Source of the DNA: a bacterium
GTDB lineage: Bacteria; Patescibacteriota; Minisyncoccia; Moranbacterales; GWC2-37-73
Direction: 5' to 3'
Assembly (NCBI GenBank): GCA_037140955.1
Contig: JBAXDL010000007.1
Coordinates: 1-50,462, forward strand
DNA: 50,462 bases
The translations under genes were made by a program, and so were the position numbers. The notes under the pieces were generated by a model. The model was not told the DNA's origin, made no database searches, and worked only from the letters and a program-made list of their open reading frames with translations. Below, piece by piece: positions 46,395-50,462 of this stretch. Position 1 is the first letter of the stretch; each line of letters begins with the position of its first letter.

Positions 46395-48038
46395 CTAAAT
46401 GCCTGTGACCTCAGTGGTGTCCTCACTAATAGTCTTTCTTGCCTTGAATATTTTTTTCGTTATTGATTCAGTGAATTGGAAGAATTCTTTGACATTGAAA
46501 TAATAACTTGCCAAACAAAAAGCAATCAAACCTGCACTGCCAGCAACAACCAACTGCACAAAGACTGCCACAAAAGTGTCTAACTCGCCGCGAGTTCCAA
46601 TGATATATTTTGCAATTTGAGTAAAAATGCCAGCCACGATTGATGCTGCAATAATCCTTGTCGCTGAATTTAGGATATTTTTTCCATCAATGATTTTCAA
46701 TTTTTTGCGCAAGAAAATCAAAAGCAAAAGCATGTTAATCACCGAAGAAACTGAAAATGCAATCGCCAAACCATAAACACCATGAGATTTGATGAGCAAC
46801 ACCACCAAAAACAAATTTATCGCTTCGCTTATTATTGCAATTGCCAGTGGAATTTTAGTATTTTGCAAAGCATAAAATGCCCTGGTTAGCAGTGGCAAAA
46901 GCGATTGAGCAAAAAGACTAAGTGCCATCAGACCTAAGACCTGAAAAGTCAAAATGGTGTTGTCCCAATTGAATTTTCCAGTACCAAGCAGCACACGGAC
47001 TGTTTGCGCGCGAAGCACAAACAGAAACATACTAAAAGGAATCACAAAAAAAAGAATTTGTCGAAATGTCCGTGAGAATGCATCAATAAATTCACTGTTT
47101 TGTTTTTTTGCTCCAAATGAGCTCAGGGTTGGAAAAACTGCAATTGCAAATGAAATTCCAAACAAACCAAGTGGCGCACTTTGAATGTTGTTAGCAAAAT
47201 TAAAAACTGCCAAACTTCCAGCTGAAAGAGTGGAAGCAAAGATTGTGATGATGGTGAAATTGATCTGACTCACTGCAATTGTCAAAGTGCGAGGCACCAT
47301 TAATTTGAGAACTTTGCGAACATTTTTATTTTTCCATGCTTCAAAAAACATTGGCTTAAAAGAAAAACCAGAAAATTTTACTGCCGGATATTGAATCAGT
47401 AAATGCAGCATTGCTCCCAGCACCACTCCCCAAGCCAAACCTGCTGGACCAAAAGGCTTCACCAAAAAAACCGCGCCAACAATGATTCCTGCATTATAAA
47501 AAATTGGAGCCAAGGAATAAATCAAAAATTTCTTAAAAGAAACAAGAGCTCCACCCAAAATCCCACTAATACCCAGCAAGAATGGACTCAAAAACATGAT
47601 GCGAGTCAATGTCACTGTTAATTCCATCTTGGCATCGTGATAACCTGGTGTTACCAAGTGCATCAATTGTGGAGCAAAAATAACCAAAATCAAAGAAATG
47701 ATGCCAGTGACCAAAATTTGCAAACTCAAAATACCAGAAGAAAGTTTCCATGCATCATCTTCTTTTTTGTTTGCCACAAGTTCAGTGAACACTGGAATAA
47801 AAGCTGCGCTAAGAGCTCCCACAATCATCAAGTTATAAATCAAATCAGGAATGCGAAAAGCAGCATAATATGCATCAAGTGTGTCGCCTGCTCCAAATTG
47901 TCCAGCCAAAATGCGGTCGCGCACAAGACCAAGCACACGAGAAGCCACACCAGCCAATGAAATGATCAAAGCTGCGGCCACAACAGACTGTGTCGGCTTT
48001 TCATTCAAAAAATCACCCCTTACAAATTTTTTAATCAC
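46395..48038 (-). CDS. murJ: lipid II flippase MurJ/MviN
   Basis: SRVLGLVRD, DAYYAAFRIPD, GALSAAFIPVF, RAFYA. Confidence 0.95.
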   Translation of the reverse strand: MIKKFVRGDFLNEKPTQSVVAAALIISLAGVASRVLGLVRDRILAGQFGAGDTLDAYYAAFRIPDLIYNLMIVGALSAAFIPVFTELVANKKEDDAWKLSSGILSLQILVTGIISLILVIFAPQLMHLVTPGYHDAKMELTVTLTRIMFLSPFLLGISGILGGALVSFKKFLIYSLAPIFYNAGIIVGAVFLVKPFGPAGLAWGVVLGAMLHLLIQYPAVKFSGFSFKPMFFEAWKNKNVRKVLKLMVPRTLTIAVSQINFTIITIFASTLSAGSLAVFNFANNIQSAPLGLFGISFAIAVFPTLSSFGAKKQNSEFIDAFSRTFRQILFFVIPFSMFLFVLRAQTVRVLLGTGKFNWDNTILTFQVLGLMALSLFAQSLLPLLTRAFYALQNTKIPLAIAIISEAINLFLVVLLIKSHGVYGLAIAFSVSSVINMLLLLIFLRKKLKIIDGKNILNSATRIIAASIVAGIFTQIAKYIIGTRGELDTFVAVFVQLVVAGSAGLIAFCLASYYFNVKEFFQFTESITKKIFKARKTISEDTTEVTGI

Positions 48039-48099
48039 AAATTTTTCTATTTAAATATAAGTTCATTGTAGCCGTAAAAAGCTTTTATGACAATAACTT

Positions 48100-50070
48100 T
48101 TATAGCACACTCAAGTTGCTTGGCGCGCTAGGCGCAGTTGTGTCGCCAGGTTGCGCACCAAAAATACTGCCAAATTCCAAGGCTCCCATGTCTTGCAAGC
48201 CGCTGCGAGCAAAATCATTAAAATCAGTAGCGATGTCCAAAACATTAGCACCAACATTAATCGCGGGACTCCCCAAAGACAATAAATAATCAGTAGCAAC
48301 AAAACTTCCAGCAGTTCCAGTAAATAATGGATTAGCATAAATACTATCTGCATCGTATCCAGAGGAAAGATAATTTTTCCATTCAGCAAAATTATAAAGT
48401 GCTTCTGACGGATAAGCCCCTGCCTTAAAAGGAGCTGCTAAGTTCTCAGAAAAATATAAATTACTATCAAAATCAACTCCTGACATAGCAGCATTGGAGC
48501 CAAATTTTACCAAGGCTGAAACTGTATAGTCTGGTTTAGGACCAATTGGAGTGTTGCCATAAATAATATTATTTTTAATAACACTATTAGCATTATTAGT
48601 ACTAGCATAAATAGCTATACCAGCATAGTCTCCATAGGATGATCCAACAGTTGGCATAACAATAGTATTTCCTGCAAAAACATAGTTGTTCAATCCAGCG
48701 CCAGCAGCCTGACCATAAGTTGTTATGCCGCGCCGCGCGCCAATGATAATATTATTCAAGGCCTTAAATCCAATACTGTGCGCGGTTGGATTGGTGGCAA
48801 ATTCATCACCTGCCATAATCCCCTCTTGTCTTTGTCTGGCTCTGATTTTATCGGTTTCCGCAGAAACTGTTCCGGTTCCAGCATCAATTATCCATTGTGG
48901 CAATTGCCAGTCTTCAACAATATCACTCTCACTTGGATTATTTGAATACACGAGATTACGTTGAAAGGTGCAATATTCTGCATTATCAAGATACAAACCA
49001 ACTGACCAATTATCATATGAGATATTATCTTGAAAAACAACATGACCAGTTCCACCATAGACGCCCATGCCCTCACCACCATTATCATGCACAACATTAC
49101 CTTCTGCCAGACCATATCCACCAACGGTCAAACCCTGACCCCAGCCACCATTAGCAGCCCAGCGCCTGCCACGTGGCCAATTATATAGCATGTTTCCCCA
49201 GATATGATTTTTTCTAACAACACCTCGTGTGCCAAAAATTCTAGCACCATTTCCATTGTTCCATTTGATCGTATTGTTCTCCAATTTAATTCCAATTGAA
49301 CCAGGATAATCAGTGAAACCATATCGTGCTGCACCTCGTAGCGTTAAGCCATAAAAATGCAAATATGGATAACCATTGGTCGAAATTGCATATTGCTCTG
49401 CCGAGACATTGTTGTATGTTATTATTGGATCCAAAGTGAGTGGATCAATTCCTCCAGTATTAACATAAATTTTTCTAGTCGCAACATCAAAAAACCATAA
49501 ACCAGTAGTTGTTAGATCAGCAAGTGCCTGTTTGTCGCGCCAAGATTTAAAATCATTATTCATGACAACTGCTTGCGGCGAATATGTTGCATTTGGCCAA
49601 TCTGCTGAAAAAATATTACTGTCATAAGCAGTCCAAGATTGTGGTGTTGATGAAGGATCAATAATAACCTCGCCATCACCATAGGGACCAACTTCCAGTG
49701 GCTTTGCCTCTGTCAGCGAACTTACTTGCGGAGCAGTAAATTGAAGTGCAATTGATCCCCTGTAAATTCCAGCCTTTATCTTGACCACATCACCACCAAC
49801 AAGATTATTTGAACGATATCTGTCAAAACATTTTCCAATCGTTTTGAATGGTCCAGTTGTCCCTGAGGTAAATGTTGGCGCAAGACCATTATAGGTGTCA
49901 GAACCATTTATGCCATCAATATAAAAAGTATCACCAGTTGCAGAGTTTGGTATGCTATAAGTTGCCATTTCCGCCTGATCAAAATACCTTGCAGCCTTTG
50001 CAAATTTTGGCAAGATTAAAAATATCAACAACAGAACAAGCAATTTTGATATATTTTTTAATTTTATCAT
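48100..50070 (-). CDS. secreted right-handed beta-helix (pectin-lyase-like) protein
   Basis: signal peptide, FYIDG...GPFKTI..IKAGIY, Asn-ladder repeats, SPAINVG...DMGALE tail. Confidence 0.85.
   Translation of the reverse strand: MIKLKNISKLLVLLLIFLILPKFAKAARYFDQAEMATYSIPNSATGDTFYIDGINGSDTYNGLAPTFTSGTTGPFKTIGKCFDRYRSNNLVGGDVVKIKAGIYRGSIALQFTAPQVSSLTEAKPLEVGPYGDGEVIIDPSSTPQSWTAYDSNIFSADWPNATYSPQAVVMNNDFKSWRDKQALADLTTTGLWFFDVATRKIYVNTGGIDPLTLDPIITYNNVSAEQYAISTNGYPYLHFYGLTLRGAARYGFTDYPGSIGIKLENNTIKWNNGNGARIFGTRGVVRKNHIWGNMLYNWPRGRRWAANGGWGQGLTVGGYGLAEGNVVHDNGGEGMGVYGGTGHVVFQDNISYDNWSVGLYLDNAEYCTFQRNLVYSNNPSESDIVEDWQLPQWIIDAGTGTVSAETDKIRARQRQEGIMAGDEFATNPTAHSIGFKALNNIIIGARRGITTYGQAAGAGLNNYVFAGNTIVMPTVGSSYGDYAGIAIYASTNNANSVIKNNIIYGNTPIGPKPDYTVSALVKFGSNAAMSGVDFDSNLYFSENLAAPFKAGAYPSEALYNFAEWKNYLSSGYDADSIYANPLFTGTAGSFVATDYLLSLGSPAINVGANVLDIATDFNDFARSGLQDMGALEFGSIFGAQPGDTTAPSAPSNLSVL
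48104..48136. repeat. 33-bp direct repeat at gene 3' end (second copy 50096-50128)
   Basis: AGCACACTCAAGTTGCTTGGCGCGCT(A/T)GGCGCA, 32/33 identical. Confidence 0.9.
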
Positions 50071-50091
50071 GTATCAATATAAATTCATGTT

Positions 50092-50462
50092 TCAAAGCAC
50101 ACTCAAGTTGCTTGGCGCGCTTGGCGCAACAACATCAGCGCCTGAACCAACTTCATATGCTCCCCAATCAATTCCACTGCCAAATGGACGAGGATTATTC
50201 AGAATGTCAACTGCTGGAATTGTCACGCTGCCAAAAACAGTGGTGCCAACAGTTGAACTTGTTTTGTCTATGACTGGACTTCCGATTTGAGGCACTACAT
50301 TCCAACGCTCACCATAAGTGTAAATGTCATTATAAGATGCATATGGTGGAACATTTTCGAAATTTGGATTCACACACAGAACATTATTTGGCACAGAGCA
50401 AAGATTAAATTTTGAGTTAAAAACAATTGAATCTTTGTTGTCAAATAAAACTGGATTAGTGG
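50092..50462 (-). CDS. 3' part of a paralogous secreted protein (truncated by window end)
   Basis: frame open to 50462; SPVID...DWGAYE tail and same APSAPSNLSVL terminus. Confidence 0.8.
   Translation of the reverse strand, partial: TNPVLFDNKDSIVFNSKFNLCSVPNNVLCVNPNFENVPPYASYNDIYTYGERWNVVPQIGSPVIDKTSSTVGTTVFGSVTIPAVDILNNPRPFGSGIDWGAYEVGSGADVVAPSAPSNLSVL

Noticed and set aside
48104-50128. 33-bp repeat as a DGR template/variable pair
   Set aside because: Too short, a single mismatch only, and no reverse transcriptase in the window.
1-50462. Alternative genetic code 25 (UGA=Gly), tRNA/rRNA genes, prophage
   Set aside because: Conserved genes are full length under code 11 and some end at TGA at the expected place (e.g. 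DUF2207); no tRNA, rRNA or phage hallmark was recognised by eye.

Overview
AT-rich bacterial chromosomal segment using genetic code 11, with most genes on the minus strand. Gene content (archaeal-type pyrH, DUF4012, DUF2207, paired HtrA paralogs, housekeeping genes mostly lacking Shine-Dalgarno sites) suggests a Patescibacteria/CPR (Parcubacteria, Moranbacteria-like) genome; this is inference only. Housekeeping genes are pyrH, rpmA, pyrG, rplI, galU, glyA, clpB, htrA, lepA and murJ, plus a ferredoxin missed by the ORF track. A dispersed dTDP-rhamnose/surface-polysaccharide region (rmlABCD, GT4s, Wzy/WaaL-like, Wzz-like) is present. Most notable: (1) an integron-like attC cassette array at 1-2.5 kb carrying murI and a DMT transporter; (2) several families of small palindromic elements placed at gene starts, one of which duplicates the ATG and shows compensatory base changes, and another that forms a two-state leader over the AUG of rpmA and galU; (3) a distinct class of self-contained ORFan islets with strong SD sites and related terminators, including an operon with a probable beta-barrel and a CxxCH protein; (4) a promoter-driven rod-shaped ncRNA candidate at 34.2 kb; (5) tandem secreted beta-helix proteins that share a 33-bp 3' end encoding APSAPSNLSVL. 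No CRISPR, tRNA, rRNA, integrase or transposase was recognised.
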